A stretch of DNA of 55,602 nt, the filler included, from Nanobdellati archaeon (GTDB lineage Archaea; Nanobdellota; Nanobdellia; Woesearchaeales; JAADFO01): the NCBI GenBank assembly GCA_013152815.1. It is 3 parts of 3 records of this genome, joined end to end, with 100 filler letters (N's around TTAATTAATTAA, not from the genome) between each part and the next. Parts side by side here need not be neighbours in the genome. Positions count along the whole stretch, not along the records: positions 34,121 to 55,602 come from JAADFO010000073.1; 2 more parts are not named here. The stretch is one strand, 5' to 3'. The notes under the pieces are model-generated. The model was not told where the DNA came from and did not search any database. It saw only the letters and a program-made list of their open reading frames with translations. The position numbers were made by a program, and so were the translations under genes. Position 1 is the stretch's first letter, and every line of letters begins with the position of its first letter. Below, piece after piece: positions 39,001 to 47,917 of this stretch.

Positions 39001-42000
39001 TTCGGTCAATCCCGGCATGGCCGAGATCCATGGCAACGGCAAGGACGACGACTGTGATCCCGCCACCCTGGACAATGATTTCGACGATGACGGGGTGGAC
39101 GACAGCATCGACAACTGCCTCAATCTCTCTAATCCTGATCAGCTTGACACTGATCTGGACGGCATGGGCAACCTCTGCGATGCCATGCCCTTCGACCATG
39201 ACAACGACGGCTGGGTCACCGACCTGGACTGCAATGATGACAACGCCAGCATCAATCCAGGGCTGCCTGAGACCTACTACAACGGCTATGACGATGACTG
39301 CGACGTCCTCACCGTGGATGACGACTTCGACCATGATGGCGCACCCTATACCGAGGACTGCGACGATACCGATGCTGCCAGGAGCCCTCATTTCGACGAG
39401 GTCTACTATGACGGCATCGACAACGACTGCAACGCCCTGACCATCGACGACGACCAGGACAGCGACGGCTGGACCCATGCGCTGGACTGTGTGGACACCG
39501 ACCCTTCGGTCAATCCCGGCATGGCCGAGGTGCCTGGCAACGGCAAGGATGACGATTGCAATGCGACGACCCTCGACGGCGATTTCGATTTCGACGGCAT
39601 CGACGACACCGAGGACAACTGCCTCAACCTCTCCAACCCTGCCCAGCTGGACGCCGACCTTGACGGCATCGGCGATGCCTGCGACGCCTATCCCCATGAT
39701 TTCGACAATGACGGCTCTCCCACGAGCGAGGACTGCAATGATACGGACCCGACCATCTATCCCGGTGCAGACGATCCCATCGACGACATCGACCAGAACT
39801 GTGTGGACGATGCGCCGGTCCTGCTCCAGCCTTTCGACGACGTGATATCGCAGGAGGACGTGACCCTCACCTACGATCTCCATGACTACTTCGCCGACCC
39901 TGAAGGCCAGCATCTGAGCTTCTCCTACCGTTCAGACCCCGCGCTCTTCAACATCACCCTGTACAGCAACGGCACGGTCACCCTGGTCCCTGAAGCGGAC
40001 GCCTATGACACGGTCACTGTCCAGTTCTGGGCCAACGACGGCTCCCAGAGCACCACCTCAGGAATATTCTGGGTGCAGGTGCTGCCGGTCAACGACATCC
40101 CTGTCATCGACATGCCAGACATCACCACCCCTGAGGACACCCCTGTGGTGATCGACGACCTCAACGACCATGCCTGGGACACCGAGTCCGACCCGCTCAC
40201 CTTCGAGATAACCGACAGCAGCGACGGCGTCTCCTGCGTCGTCAACGGCACTTCCCTGACCATCACCCCTGCCCCTGATGTCTTCGGCGAGGAGACCTGC
40301 ACCATCCGTGCCTATGACGGCCAGGACTATTCAGAGGAAGACACGTTCAACATCAGCATCACTCCGGTGAATGACGCGCCCCGCCTCACTGCGCCCATCC
40401 CTGGCCAGATGTGGAACGAGGACATGAACCACACGCTTGACCTTCGCGGAACCGGCTATTTCACCGATGTCGAAGGGGATACCATCTGCTACGCTGCCTC
40501 TGATACGCCCCATATATCTGCCGACGTGGAGGATTGTGTGCTGACCTTCACCCCTGACGCGGACTGGTCAGGGTCTGAGACGACCATCATCACCGCCTAT
40601 GACCCTTCAGATGCGTCTTCGCTCTCCAACGTCATCAACCTCACGGTCCTGGAGGTCAATGACCCTCCGGTCATCACCTCTGCCGCAATTACCTCAGCGG
40701 TCGAAGACACCAACTACTCCTATGATGTGGAAGCCTACGACCCTGAAGGCTCAGACCTGACCTTCTCGCTGGACCAGTCGCCCGACGGCATGCAGATCGA
40801 CCCTGCGAGCGGCCTCATCACCTGGCAGCCAGAAAACAAGGATGTCGGAAGCCACCCGATCGTTGTCCGCGCCTCTGACAACTCGTCCGGGAATACGCTC
40901 CAGGAGTTCACCATTGACGTTTCCAATGTCAACGACGCGCCTGTCCTGACCCAGGACGTACCTGACCAGACCTGGGATGAAGATGCTGTCCATACGCTCA
41001 ACCTGAGCGATTATTTCGCTGATGTGGATGCGGGCGACGAGCTCTGCTACCGGGTCAATGACACCGAGCATATCTCTGTGGGCATCTCCCAGCCTGGCTG
41101 CATCGTCACCTTCACCCCTGATCCGACATGGTCTGGCCAGGAAGAGACCCAGGCCTATGCTCACGACCTCGCCGGAGCAGAGACTGCATCCTCACCTTTC
41201 CTCCTGACCGTCATCGCGGTGAACGACGCGCCTATCCTGACAGACATCCCTGACCAGGTCATGAATGAGGATGAGAACATTACCCTCTTCCTTTCCGGCT
41301 ATGCCTCTGACGAGGAAGGATCCGCCCTGTCCTATCTCCTGCTGGACGCCTCCAACAATCATATCAGCTGCACCCTGAACGAGAGCACCGGCCTCCTGTC
41401 CATCCTTCCTGACCAGGAATACTACGGGCAGGGAACCTGCACCGTGCAGGTCTCAGATGGGGAGCTCCAGAGCGAATCCCAGGCCATCCAGGTGAAGGTC
41501 AACCGCATCAACGACCTGCCCACGGCCGAGCCCATCCCTGACCGGTCCTGGCTCCAGTACACCTATGCCTATCTTGACCTGGCCGACTACTTCAATGACA
41601 ACGACGATCCGGAACTCAGCTACACGGTTGAGACCCTCCCTGACCATGTGGTCTATCATATCGACGGCAGCCTCGTCACGCTTGGTTCAGGGGGCACCTT
41701 CAACGGCACCGACCACATCCAGTTCAGGGCGACCGACGACGACGGTGCCTTCGTGCTGTCCAACCTGGTCAGCCTTGAGGTCCTCGACGTGAACGACCCC
41801 CCGAGGATAACCTCTGACCCGGTCACCTCTGCTGTCGAAGGACAGCTCTACACCTATCAGGTCGTGGCGACCGATCCCGAGGGTGCAGACCTCCAGTATG
41901 TCCTCGTCGAAGGCCCTCCCGGCATCGACCTTGATGCAGCGACCGGTCTCCTTGGAGGCATCCCTTCCAATGATGATGTGGGCCCCAATGAGGTGACGGT

Positions 42001-43915
42001 CCGCGTGGAAGACCCCCAGGGTCTCTACGACGAACAGCACTTCACCATAAACGTCGAGAACCGCAACGATGCTCCTCAGCTCGTCACGCCCATCCCTGAC
42101 CAGCAGTGGTATGAGGATACGACGGTGAGCATAGACCTTGCAGACCATTTCACCGATATCGACGTAGGGGACGAACTGCACTACAGCTGGACCGCTGTTC
42201 CTGACATCCTGGTGGTCCAGACCAGTCTCTCGGGCGTCAAGCTCATCCCTGCCGAGAACTTCAACGGCGATCGTGAGATCGTCTTCACCGCCACCGACCA
42301 GGACGGCGCGAGCCAGAGCTCCGGTCCGGTGAAGCTCAAGGTGCTTCCGGTCAACGATCATCCCAGGATGGGCGTCCTTCCGCTCATCACCGTGACCGAA
42401 GGAGACCTGGTGCAGGTCGCTCCAACCGCCACCGACCCTGACGGAGACGTCCTGACCTTTACCTATGGCTATCCGCTCGACGAGGACGGCAGATGGCAGA
42501 CCGGCTTCCATGATGCAGGAACCTATGAGGCCGTGGTGACTGCCACCGACGAGCAGGGTGCCCATGATTCGGCTGTGCAGTACATCCTTGTGGAGGACTA
42601 TGCCAACCAGCCGCCGGTCATCAGCATCGATGACATCACGGTGACTGAAGGCGATCTGGTAGAAGCTCATCCCACCATCGTCGATCCAGAAGGGGATGAT
42701 TTCACCTACTGGTCCTCCCCTCATCTCGATGACCAGGGGAAATGGCAGACCGAACGCGGAGACGCCGGAACCTATGAGGAGACCATCGTGGCAGAGGATG
42801 CCTACGGTTCGTCCAGCGCCACCTTCACCATCATCGTCCTTCCCCAGACCAACCATGCTCCTGTGCTGGAACCCATCGCAGACATGACCATCGGAGAAGG
42901 CGACACCATCAAAGTCACACCCGTGGCATCCGACAGTGACGGAGACCCCGTGACCTTCAGTTTCTCTCCCCCCTTGAACGAAAACGGAGAGTGGACAGCA
43001 TCCTACCAGGATGCAGGGGTCTACGTCCTCTCGGTTACCGCAGACGACGGCATGGGCGGCATGGATACGGCCACCTTCACCCTGACAGTTACCGAATCGG
43101 GCAACCATGCTCCGATCCTCCAGCCTCTGGCCGATATGACCGTCCAGGAAGGCGAACCGGTCCAGATCATTCCTGTTGCCGACGATCCTGACGGAGACAG
43201 CATAGCTTTCAGCTACAGCGCTCCTCTTGATGGCGAGGGCAGATGGCAGACCGGTTTCATGGATGCAGGAGTCTATCCTGTCTGGGTCAGCGCATCAGAC
43301 GGCCGCAACGAGACGAGACAGGACTTCACCCTCACTGTCCTTGAGGCAGGCAACCATGCTCCGGTCATCGCTCCTCTTCCTGACCTGACGGTCTATGAAG
43401 GGCAGCTGGCTTCGGTGGACATCCATGCCATCGATCCTGACGGAGATGACGTGACGCTTACGATCGATGGTCCCCTGGATAAGGACGGACGATGGCAGAC
43501 CGCGAGAGGAGATGCAGGAGACTACACCATAACGATCACCGCATCGGACGGCCAGCTCTCTTCCAGCCGGGCTTTCCATCTCACTGTCCTGCAGGAGCCC
43601 TACCAGTCCATCTTCGTCAAGCACATCGTTGTCGATGATAACAGCCTTGAACCGGGTGATACGCTCCGTGTCCTGGTCACGCTTGAGAACAGCGGCAACG
43701 TGAAGATGAAGAACCTGCGGCTGACCGGCCTCTCGCCTGAACTGGGCATCTACGATCGGGTGGGTCCGTTCTCTCTGGATGCAGGCAAACGTGTCCAGAA
43801 GATCATGTACTTCACCACCCCTACAGGTGCATCACCAGGGCTTTACGATCTTCGGTTGACGTTCTCGACCGATGAGGTAAGAAGGGTAGTGTATCGTGAC
43901 TTCCTGCTCCGCTGA
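36035..43915 (+). CDS. giant (~2630 aa) secreted adhesin-like protein: FN3, lamin-tail-like, Cys/Asp MopE/TSP3-like repeats, cadherin/Ig repeats, C-terminal CARDB-like domain
   Basis: Signal peptide MQHNKWIISVMALLII; DCxD..vNPGxxE..GxDDDC repeats; many (V)NDAP/NHAP...DPDGD Ig repeats. Confidence 0.92.
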   Translation: MQHNKWIISVMALLIITLALPSGLGASDDVAYIVPDPSSVSSTVQSSIEELGLQVTIIDDSELSTTDFSSFAFIIVGEGYFPNPGLIPVNQMPSLVLNTNHYASWGLATSISQVSSSAPLWNQVPDPTNYISYGFPSSIQVYTSCCASNGINLPYYYFEWPDVASGADAITTPMFNDYHHVISAYDEGTTMKNGVVSDAKTVFFGITKSDYWTDDSKTLFQRSALWLIDDGLPPSLTDLSVHDITASQATVSWQTTTPSTSVVHYGTTPSLGLTAENTDLVFGHDMLLSSLAQATTYYYQATSCTFDGACDTSDLDTFTTKDPVAPIISNLEDGSSPASNLVTFTWDTDKAADSAIHIYDDADPAIDASSSSLTLAHDLQANVLPLTFYRYTATSCNIDGYCSTSDEGSFVLVDGFDTDAPIFTDVTHSGLLFDKNSPLLGTGVNISLDAVDDFSIASITYDVRDDLGQVVCGDDCFTRTSSTFDSPQQSYPQVDESVHFETSLDDGTYSIFITATDLAGNSQEHEIADLVLSMAVDITDPVITDFHTVSVTDDTATLAWETDDPTLGTLTYTLAGDASLQASETGYATAHGFTLTGLADRSDYTVSVDACNDDGLCTPSDELSFTTLPAPDHEGPAITLLAPDDNILVDDPSQEFRFSATDYNAISYCRLLINDGQKQVWNNVSDGEIISSTQSLPLVKNTWQVECEDDQGNLGLSELRHIELSSPPSIENVGATTPVDEGEPYTISFRAEDENDDLVQAAVYEDGTLIFSDDTVSSGDLFSIDLVKGYEDAGNYTYTLFVVDAQNQNASETFTIEVLDKPYLVINEFAVFADGNASIELYQDGDIPVDLFNMSVRFSSTGEILPLEQGIRLFPGDYAVYTFPYFGADPVSGAVDEELTLFSPEGIELDQVAFGDYADQDISDNAPAPIADATFPESAARLPDGTDTDHDSADFQLIPRPTLGYENDHTADDDSDGYDFHSDCDDFDPSVNPGMAEIHGNGKDDDCDPATLDNDFDDDGVDDSIDNCLNLSNPDQLDTDLDGMGNLCDAMPFDHDNDGWVTDLDCNDDNASINPGLPETYYNGYDDDCDVLTVDDDFDHDGAPYTEDCDDTDAARSPHFDEVYYDGIDNDCNALTIDDDQDSDGWTHALDCVDTDPSVNPGMAEVPGNGKDDDCNATTLDGDFDFDGIDDTEDNCLNLSNPAQLDADLDGIGDACDAYPHDFDNDGSPTSEDCNDTDPTIYPGADDPIDDIDQNCVDDAPVLLQPFDDVISQEDVTLTYDLHDYFADPEGQHLSFSYRSDPALFNITLYSNGTVTLVPEADAYDTVTVQFWANDGSQSTTSGIFWVQVLPVNDIPVIDMPDITTPEDTPVVIDDLNDHAWDTESDPLTFEITDSSDGVSCVVNGTSLTITPAPDVFGEETCTIRAYDGQDYSEEDTFNISITPVNDAPRLTAPIPGQMWNEDMNHTLDLRGTGYFTDVEGDTICYAASDTPHISADVEDCVLTFTPDADWSGSETTIITAYDPSDASSLSNVINLTVLEVNDPPVITSAAITSAVEDTNYSYDVEAYDPEGSDLTFSLDQSPDGMQIDPASGLITWQPENKDVGSHPIVVRASDNSSGNTLQEFTIDVSNVNDAPVLTQDVPDQTWDEDAVHTLNLSDYFADVDAGDELCYRVNDTEHISVGISQPGCIVTFTPDPTWSGQEETQAYAHDLAGAETASSPFLLTVIAVNDAPILTDIPDQVMNEDENITLFLSGYASDEEGSALSYLLLDASNNHISCTLNESTGLLSILPDQEYYGQGTCTVQVSDGELQSESQAIQVKVNRINDLPTAEPIPDRSWLQYTYAYLDLADYFNDNDDPELSYTVETLPDHVVYHIDGSLVTLGSGGTFNGTDHIQFRATDDDGAFVLSNLVSLEVLDVNDPPRITSDPVTSAVEGQLYTYQVVATDPEGADLQYVLVEGPPGIDLDAATGLLGGIPSNDDVGPNEVTVRVEDPQGLYDEQHFTINVENRNDAPQLVTPIPDQQWYEDTTVSIDLADHFTDIDVGDELHYSWTAVPDILVVQTSLSGVKLIPAENFNGDREIVFTATDQDGASQSSGPVKLKVLPVNDHPRMGVLPLITVTEGDLVQVAPTATDPDGDVLTFTYGYPLDEDGRWQTGFHDAGTYEAVVTATDEQGAHDSAVQYILVEDYANQPPVISIDDITVTEGDLVEAHPTIVDPEGDDFTYWSSPHLDDQGKWQTERGDAGTYEETIVAEDAYGSSSATFTIIVLPQTNHAPVLEPIADMTIGEGDTIKVTPVASDSDGDPVTFSFSPPLNENGEWTASYQDAGVYVLSVTADDGMGGMDTATFTLTVTESGNHAPILQPLADMTVQEGEPVQIIPVADDPDGDSIAFSYSAPLDGEGRWQTGFMDAGVYPVWVSASDGRNETRQDFTLTVLEAGNHAPVIAPLPDLTVYEGQLASVDIHAIDPDGDDVTLTIDGPLDKDGRWQTARGDAGDYTITITASDGQLSSSRAFHLTVLQEPYQSIFVKHIVVDDNSLEPGDTLRVLVTLENSGNVKMKNLRLTGLSPELGIYDRVGPFSLDAGKRVQKIMYFTTPTGASPGLYDLRLTFSTDEVRRVVYRDFLLR

Positions 43916-43919
43916 GCAG

Positions 43920-43995
43920 GGCTTTTTTCTTTCCTTCTTTTTTCTTTTCATGCTCTCCTGTCCTGTCCTGTCCTTTCTTTGCTTTTCCTGTCTCT
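43920..43995 (+). terminator. oligo-T/pyrimidine-rich terminator region
   Basis: T-tracts right after the stop codon; similar tracts at ~34810-34850 and ~44662-44740. Confidence 0.55.
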
Positions 43996-44242
43996 TCGTT
44001 GACATCTGATGTCTCTCCCTGCAAGGTCTTCTTAATCTCTCCTGCTTTTGTCACCAAAACGTGACGAACTTGTGCTGTCCTGGTCGAAAGGTATATAAAT
44101 CAGGTGTCATTCCATCGTAGTAATGAATACGGCCGGGCCTTTCCTGCTGCCTGTAATGATATGTGTGTTGCATGAAGGCATATATGTTGCATGAAATGTC
44201 CTGAGCTGAAAACTACAGTTAAATGACTGACAAGGTGATCCC

Positions 44243-44659
44243 ATGAAAAAACTCTTGACATTGGTCGTCATGCTCCTGACCCTGAGCTCCTTTGCCTATG
44301 CTGGCAACGTCAGCGAAGTCAGGACCAACAAACCGACCTTCTCGACATTGATGTTGCGCGACTATTACACCGGTTCTGAGTTCGCCTATTCACAGGAGAA
44401 TTCGGTCACCGCCTTCCTCACAATGGAAAACCAGGGTTGCGGCGTCTTCAACGATCTGCATGTCACCATCCTCATCTATGACCTGGACTACCGAAGAAAG
44501 TTCTCTTCCTTCGACCTCTGCAACCAGAGGGACAGGGAGAACTTCAGGCTGCCCATCGTCCTTCCCAGGGATACTGCCCCGGGGTATTATCCTGTGAGGA
44601 TAACCGTGTCCAACGATGATGTCACCCGCGTGAGGCATCGCTGGCTGTTCGTGCAGTGA
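44243..44659 (+). CDS. small secreted protein, stand-alone homolog of the adhesin C-terminal domain
   Basis: Signal peptide MKKLLTLVVMLLTLSSFAYA; ENQG...PGYYPVRITVSNDDVTRVRHR. Confidence 0.8.
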   Translation: MKKLLTLVVMLLTLSSFAYAGNVSEVRTNKPTFSTLMLRDYYTGSEFAYSQENSVTAFLTMENQGCGVFNDLHVTILIYDLDYRRKFSSFDLCNQRDRENFRLPIVLPRDTAPGYYPVRITVSNDDVTRVRHRWLFVQ

Positions 44660-44831
44660 TCCTTTCTTTTTTCCTTCTTCCTTCTTTCTTTTCTCGTCCT
44701 TTATCTGCTCGTTCGTTCTTGTCTTCTTTTCTCTTTGTTCTCCCTGTCCAACCATGTTCCCTGTCTCTGAACTTTCATCCCTAAACTTTCATCCCTAAAC
44801 TTTTATATAGCCGCCTGCCCCTCATCTTTCC

Positions 44832-46031
44832 ATGGCCGCATACCAGGAGATCAAAGAAGGCAAGGCTGTCATCCACGTGCCTCGGGAGACCAAGATATCT
44901 GCCAAACTGCCTGTCTTCTACAACCCTGTCATGGCCCAGAACCGCGACCTGAGTGTCCTGCTCCTCAAGGCCCTGGACCGGAAAGGCCTCCAGATCGGGC
45001 TTCCGCTGGCAGGTTCAGGCATCCGAGGCATACGCTTCCTCAGGGAGCTGCCTTCCCGGATGGTCTCTCTGCTGGCTTTCAACGACCATTCCCGAAAAGC
45101 AGCTGCCCATATACGGGCAAATCTCAGAAGGAACAAGCTTTCTCAGGGCGCCCTGGCAAAGGTACAGGTCAGCAACAGGGACGCAAATGCCTTCTTCCTC
45201 GGCAGCAAAGGTTTCGACTATATCGACCTGGACCCCTTCGGGACCCCCAACCCCTTCCTCGATGCTGCCATCAACCGTCTTGCGAGGGAGGGCATCCTTG
45301 CGGTAACAGCGACCGATACTGCCCCTCTTTCAGGCACCTATCCTCATGCATGCCGGCGGAAATACTGGGCAAAACCCCTGAAGAACGAGTTCATGCACGA
45401 GACCGGCCTGCGCATCCTCATCAGGAAAGTCCAGCTCATCGGCGCCCAGTACGACAAGGCGCTCTCCCCTCTCTTCTCCTATTCCACAGACCACTATTTC
45501 CGGGTCTTCTTCATCAACCACAAAGGAAAGACAAAGGTCGATGCGCTCTTCACGCAGCACAGACATGTGGCCTATGATCCGGAAAGCCTTTCCCGCCGTC
45601 TGCTGGAACCCGCATCCCTCGCTTCGGGCAAGAGCATACCACGAAGCACCACTGGGGTGCGAGCTCCTGAGATTGTCTTCGGGCCGCTCTATTCCGGCCC
45701 GTTGTTCGACCACGCTCTCGTCCTCAGGATGCTTGAGCTGATTCCCGCAGGGCCTGCGTCAGGAAGAGCCTCTTCAGGAACTCCAGGCGCATCTGCTGCC
45801 CGTCTTGGACGGTTCCTCCATATCATCGCCCTGGAGAGCAGGCTTGGCTTTCCTCTCTTCTATGATGTCCACCGCATCGCAAAGTGCCACCATCTTGCTC
45901 ATCTGCCGACCATGAAAGAGGTCTTCAGAAAGCTGAGGAAAGCAGGCTGCAGGACCGCTCCGACCCATTTTTCTCCGACAGGCTTCCTCTGCGACAAGGG
46001 CATAGAGGTCATCAGGAAGGCACTGTCTTGA
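44832..46031 (+). CDS. trm1: tRNA (guanine26-N2)-dimethyltransferase
   Basis: VFYNPVMAQNRDLS, AGSGIRGIRF, FDYIDLDPFGTP, VTATD, ETGLRILI, THFSPTG. Confidence 0.93.
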   Translation: MAAYQEIKEGKAVIHVPRETKISAKLPVFYNPVMAQNRDLSVLLLKALDRKGLQIGLPLAGSGIRGIRFLRELPSRMVSLLAFNDHSRKAAAHIRANLRRNKLSQGALAKVQVSNRDANAFFLGSKGFDYIDLDPFGTPNPFLDAAINRLAREGILAVTATDTAPLSGTYPHACRRKYWAKPLKNEFMHETGLRILIRKVQLIGAQYDKALSPLFSYSTDHYFRVFFINHKGKTKVDALFTQHRHVAYDPESLSRRLLEPASLASGKSIPRSTTGVRAPEIVFGPLYSGPLFDHALVLRMLELIPAGPASGRASSGTPGASAARLGRFLHIIALESRLGFPLFYDVHRIAKCHHLAHLPTMKEVFRKLRKAGCRTAPTHFSPTGFLCDKGIEVIRKALS

Positions 46032-46090
46032 TGCCTGTGCTTGTATGCTGTGATGCCTGTCTCCTGCCTGTCAAACGGCTCTGTCAAAAG

Positions 46091-46233
46091 GAGGCTACGT
46101 CAAGTTTGTGGTGGTGGGACTGCTACAAGGCACCCCGCAGGGGGCGACCCCCGCCTTGTCATCGTCGATCAGGTTTGCATCTGCAAACGCTGATCCTGAT
46201 GACGGATGAGTCCCACTTAACTTGACTTAGCCT
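46091..46233. mobile_element. putative MITE / highly structured non-coding element
   Basis: 15-bp terminal inverted repeats AGGCTACGTCAAGTT / AACTTGACTTAGCCT (14/15 match); flanking direct repeat GTCAAAAG at 46083-46090 and 46234-46241. Confidence 0.6.
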
Positions 46234-46277
46234 GTCAAAAGAAAGCTTTATATGCAACGGTTCTTCCGGATTATCCC

Positions 46278-46901
46278 ATGGATGCGTCCTCCAAAGAGAA
46301 GCATACGGTCTCGGACAAGGCGGTGAGGAAAAGGAACGAGCGAAGGCTTTATCTTCTTGCTGCGGGCATCCTTCTCTTCCTCGTGGTCCTGTTCATGCAG
46401 GCCAGATCCATAGAATCGCTTCTGAATGCGTCGCCCTATGCCCTTCCCCTGATCGTGTCGTCTGCTGTGCTTCTCGCCTTTTTCCTGTTCCTGATACTCT
46501 TCTTTTCGTATCATCGACCCATCATCGACCGCCCCATCCCTCCTCCCTACGACCATTCCACCCGGCATGCTTTGCCGTCAGGCCTTGAACGTGAACCGAA
46601 ATCGCTCAACATCCATGAGTTCCATGCATCTGCGGCAACACGATCAATCTCTCAGATGAAAGAGGAACATGCCATACGTCATCTGGTGGACTATATCCAG
46701 GCCTATCTCCAGAAGGGCATGACCTTCAGCAAGGTCAGGAAACATCTCATCGACAGCGGAGTCAAGGCATCGCTCGTCGAAGAGGCCCATCGTCGCTATG
46801 CTTTCTACTACCGCCGGCACTTCCATCAGGCCAATGCGCTCCATCCGAAAGAGCGGAAGAAGACGCTGCTCAAAAGGATGCCCAAGATCAAGGACTCCTG
46901 A
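46278..46901 (+). CDS. hypothetical membrane protein (2 TM)
   Basis: Two hydrophobic segments; LVDYIQAYLQKG...HLIDSG small helical domain. Confidence 0.7.
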   Translation: MDASSKEKHTVSDKAVRKRNERRLYLLAAGILLFLVVLFMQARSIESLLNASPYALPLIVSSAVLLAFFLFLILFFSYHRPIIDRPIPPPYDHSTRHALPSGLEREPKSLNIHEFHASAATRSISQMKEEHAIRHLVDYIQAYLQKGMTFSKVRKHLIDSGVKASLVEEAHRRYAFYYRRHFHQANALHPKERKKTLLKRMPKIKDS

Positions 46902-46922
46902 GCGCAAGGACAGGTTCCTTCA

Positions 46923-47771
46923 TCAGAAAGTGAAAGAGAATGATGCGAGGACAGCCAGGAACGCCAGAAGGAAGCTCGGGATGAACGGTATGCCCTCTTT
47001 CACCAGCACCTCTTTGATCTTGCTCTTCTTCTTCAACCTGAGAAGAGTCTTTATCTGCTCTTTATCGATGCCGAGATCCTTCGGCCCGCAGATATAGGTT
47101 CCGTCCACCTTCACCTCTTCGGCGATCCAGTCCCCTTCACGCAGGCTTTCGGGCGCCGTCCGCTTGAGCATGGCCGAGTTCTCGACCGCCTTCACGAAGA
47201 GCCACAGATAGAACGTGATGATGATCATGAGAGCAAGGATGGCCAGGGAGAAGCTCAGCGTCTGACCAGGCATGACCGCCCCGAGGACGATGATGATGAG
47301 CGAGACAAGGATGAGCATCGCTTTGGCGAGTTTCACCCCTTTCCTGTCCATCAGCTGACTCCATTGTCTCAGGAATGCTTTTTTATGTTTCCCTGCCAGA
47401 TAGACGCTCCAGAACAACCCATAGAGTGCGCCGGTCGCGAGGACAGCAACCCCAAATCTCGCCATGAGACTGTCCCATGAGGGGCGAAATCCCCAGAGCA
47501 TGCCCAGGCCCATGAGCATCTTGGCATCACCGCCCCCGAATTGTCCCAGATAGAAAAGCGCATAGGCGATGCCGGCGAAGATGGCAAATCCCAGGATGCC
47601 CTGGACAAGGATGTCAGCATCTCTTCCCAGCAGGGCATAGATCAGACGGAAGAAGAACGCCGTGAAGATAAGCCCGTAGTTCAGCCAGTCAGGCACCTCA
47701 CGGGTCCTGAGGTCTGTCAGGGATCCGACCGTCAGGACGGCAACGGTGACGAGGATGATGATCTCTATCAT
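46923..47771 (-). CDS. prepilin/preflagellin peptidase, family A24
   Basis: TDLRTREVPD and FGGGDAK aspartate motifs; C-terminal GIPFIPSF. Confidence 0.92.
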   Translation of the reverse strand: MIEIIILVTVAVLTVGSLTDLRTREVPDWLNYGLIFTAFFFRLIYALLGRDADILVQGILGFAIFAGIAYALFYLGQFGGGDAKMLMGLGMLWGFRPSWDSLMARFGVAVLATGALYGLFWSVYLAGKHKKAFLRQWSQLMDRKGVKLAKAMLILVSLIIIVLGAVMPGQTLSFSLAILALMIIITFYLWLFVKAVENSAMLKRTAPESLREGDWIAEEVKVDGTYICGPKDLGIDKEQIKTLLRLKKKSKIKEVLVKEGIPFIPSFLLAFLAVLASFSFTF

Positions 47772-47917
47772 GCTTCCTCTCCAAAAAGAATAAGCTATTT
47801 AAAGCTTGTTGTCATGCATATCCTGCTCTGATGTTCAGGGGAACCCTCTGTCCGGACTGTTGCCTGAGGGCCCTCTCGCTGTCTGTCCATCAGTGGCACC
47901 GTGAGGTTTACAGGGCC

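Noticed and set aside
46114..46216. Possible 5S rRNA, SRP RNA or hammerhead ribozyme (CTGATGA present)
   Set aside because: Lacks 5S CCGAAC/loop E motifs, the SRP helix-8 motif, and a correctly placed GAAA after a stem II.
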